Positions 63,068-64,000 of a DNA stretch of 64,000 nucleotides are shown piece by piece. How positions within the stretch are numbered: position 1 is the stretch's first letter; each line of letters begins with the position of its first letter. A program made the translations under genes and the position numbers. The notes beneath the pieces are model-generated. The model made no database searches. It worked only from the letters and a program-made list of their open reading frames with translations, and was not told where the DNA came from. Source of the DNA: Candidatus Omnitrophota bacterium (GTDB lineage: Bacteria; Omnitrophota; Gorgyraeia; Gygaellales; Profunditerraquicolaceae); contig JAZDED010000014.1 in the NCBI GenBank assembly GCA_043809145.1, positions 1,695 to 65,694 on the forward strand, written 5' to 3'.

Positions 63068-63826
63068 TTATTTCCTCCTTTGCATTTCTCGATACTTGAG
63101 ATAACTTATTATCTGATACAGGGTGTCAAAAAAAGCAATCACAAAACCATACATACCGTCCTTGTATGATTTTTTACGCAGGTATCTCCTGAAAAACCTG
63201 TCTACTGCCCTCCAAATCATATGCCCCAAGGACATCCTTCTATTGGTATTTATCCATTTCACTGCCTCCAGCGTAGACTGCTTATTTACGCTGCGCAAAA
63301 AATGCTCTATATCCGGATAACCCTTATGGATAATATCGAATTTCAAATGCCCGCATTCACCATCAATAAAAGCCCTGGGATGCACTTCAACTTCTTCGTA
63401 TTTAAACTTATCTTTTTGAAAAAGGCGCACCTTGCTTGCCGGATACCAGCCGCCGTATTTAACCCAATAATTACCAATAAAATTACGCAAAGGTATGGAA
63501 TAGGCAGCGAACTTGTCGCTTTTAATTGCTTGGCTAATTTCATCTCTTAACTCCGGAGTGAGCTTTTCATCGGCATCAAGGCTCAAGACCCACTTATTCT
63601 TAGCTTGCGCATAAGCCCAATTCCTATGCCTGCCCTCAACATCCATCTTCCTGATAAATAGCCTATCCGTATATTTCCTGGTAATATCCCGGGTCTTATC
63701 AAAACTCTCGTCATCCACAACCACTATTTCATCTGCCCAATCAAAAACACTTGCGAGGCATTCATCCATATTCAACTCTTCATTCTTAGCTATTACAACT
63801 ACCGATAAAGGTATCTTTTCTAACAT
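63068..63826 (-). CDS. family-2 glycosyltransferase (LPS-core-type, WaaE/KdtX-like)
   Basis: 252 aa. LSVVVIAKNEE...IVVVDDESFDKT...SLDADE. Confidence 0.75.
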   Translation of the reverse strand: MLEKIPLSVVVIAKNEELNMDECLASVFDWADEIVVVDDESFDKTRDITRKYTDRLFIRKMDVEGRHRNWAYAQAKNKWVLSLDADEKLTPELRDEISQAIKSDKFAAYSIPLRNFIGNYWVKYGGWYPASKVRLFQKDKFKYEEVEVHPRAFIDGECGHLKFDIIHKGYPDIEHFLRSVNKQSTLEAVKWINTNRRMSLGHMIWRAVDRFFRRYLRKKSYKDGMYGFVIAFFDTLYQIISYLKYREMQRRK

Positions 63827-63858
63827 TTACTCCCCCAGTTTAATCTATTTTTTATACA

Positions 63859-63913
63859 CGGATTCTCTCGGATTTTCTTTCGGATTACCACGGATTTATC
63901 CGTTAATATCCGT
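63859..63913 (-). promoter_or_regulatory. array of four direct CGGAT and two inverted ATCCGT motifs with ~10-nt phasing
   Basis: CGGAT begins at 63859, 63869, 63881 and 63891. ATCCGT sits at 63898..63903 and 63908..63913. The array includes the palindrome ACGGATTTATCCGT and lies 33-87 nt upstream of the ATG at 63826. Confidence 0.45.
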
Positions 63914-64000
63914 TCTTTAATCTGCGCCTATCTGTGCAACTGCCGAAACAGGGACTTTCAAATTAACCTCCTAACTTGCTCAAATACTTCGTCTATCATT

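Noticed and set aside
63958-64000. Possible 3' end of another minus-strand gene running in from the right edge (...MIDEVFEQVRRLI-stop).
   Set aside because: Only 14 codons are visible. That is too short to support a call or a function.

Overview
AT-rich 64-kb bacterial chromosomal segment. Gene content suggests an uncultivated diderm lineage (secretin, TolQ/R-type proteins, heptose/LPS-type genes); I cannot assign a phylum. Every credible gene lies on the minus strand: about 62 CDS plus one tRNA. All plus-strand ORFs in the track look like antisense artefacts. In minus-strand transcription order (right to left) the window holds: envelope glycan genes (GT2, DegT aminotransferase, GmhB-like phosphatase, MGDG-synthase-like GT); priA-fmt; two tandem GalT-like genes; gap; a membrane-fused spermidine-synthase-like gene; pgk-tpiA-secG; an MFS transporter; rplM-rpsI; a full arginine block (argC-J-B-D-F-G-H); a small orphan secreted Cys-rich gene; a lysine/DAP block (lysA-dapF-dapA-dapB-dapL); folK-panC-nadX; a small internally duplicated basic protein; uvrA; a long TPR protein with an ExbB/TolQ-ExbD/TolR pair; a complete type IV pilus locus (HTH, pilMN fusion, pilO, pilP-like, secretin, pilB, pilC, four pilin-like genes); an eight-gene lipid-linked glycosylation operon; a CPA antiporter; tRNA-Ala(CGC); and a truncated AmrS-type radical SAM gene. 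The glycosylation operon is headed by an STT3/PglB/AglB-type oligosaccharyltransferase and also encodes two polyprenol-phosphate GT2s, a methyltransferase, an ArnT/PMT-like GT-C, a B12-radical SAM enzyme, a frameshifted GT2 and a GT4. The most interesting signal is this putative N-glycosylation system directly downstream of the pilin genes. Other points worth a second look: a PriA whose helicase ATPase motifs are degenerate; a GalT-like tandem pair in which one copy has lost the nucleophilic His; a tRNA bracketed exactly by two identical 25-nt hairpins; gene-terminus duplications around lysA and argG; a 3x47-nt repeat family upstream of gap; and helically phased CGGAT arrays in three neighbouring promoter regions. 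No CRISPR array, rRNA, transposase or integrase was seen.
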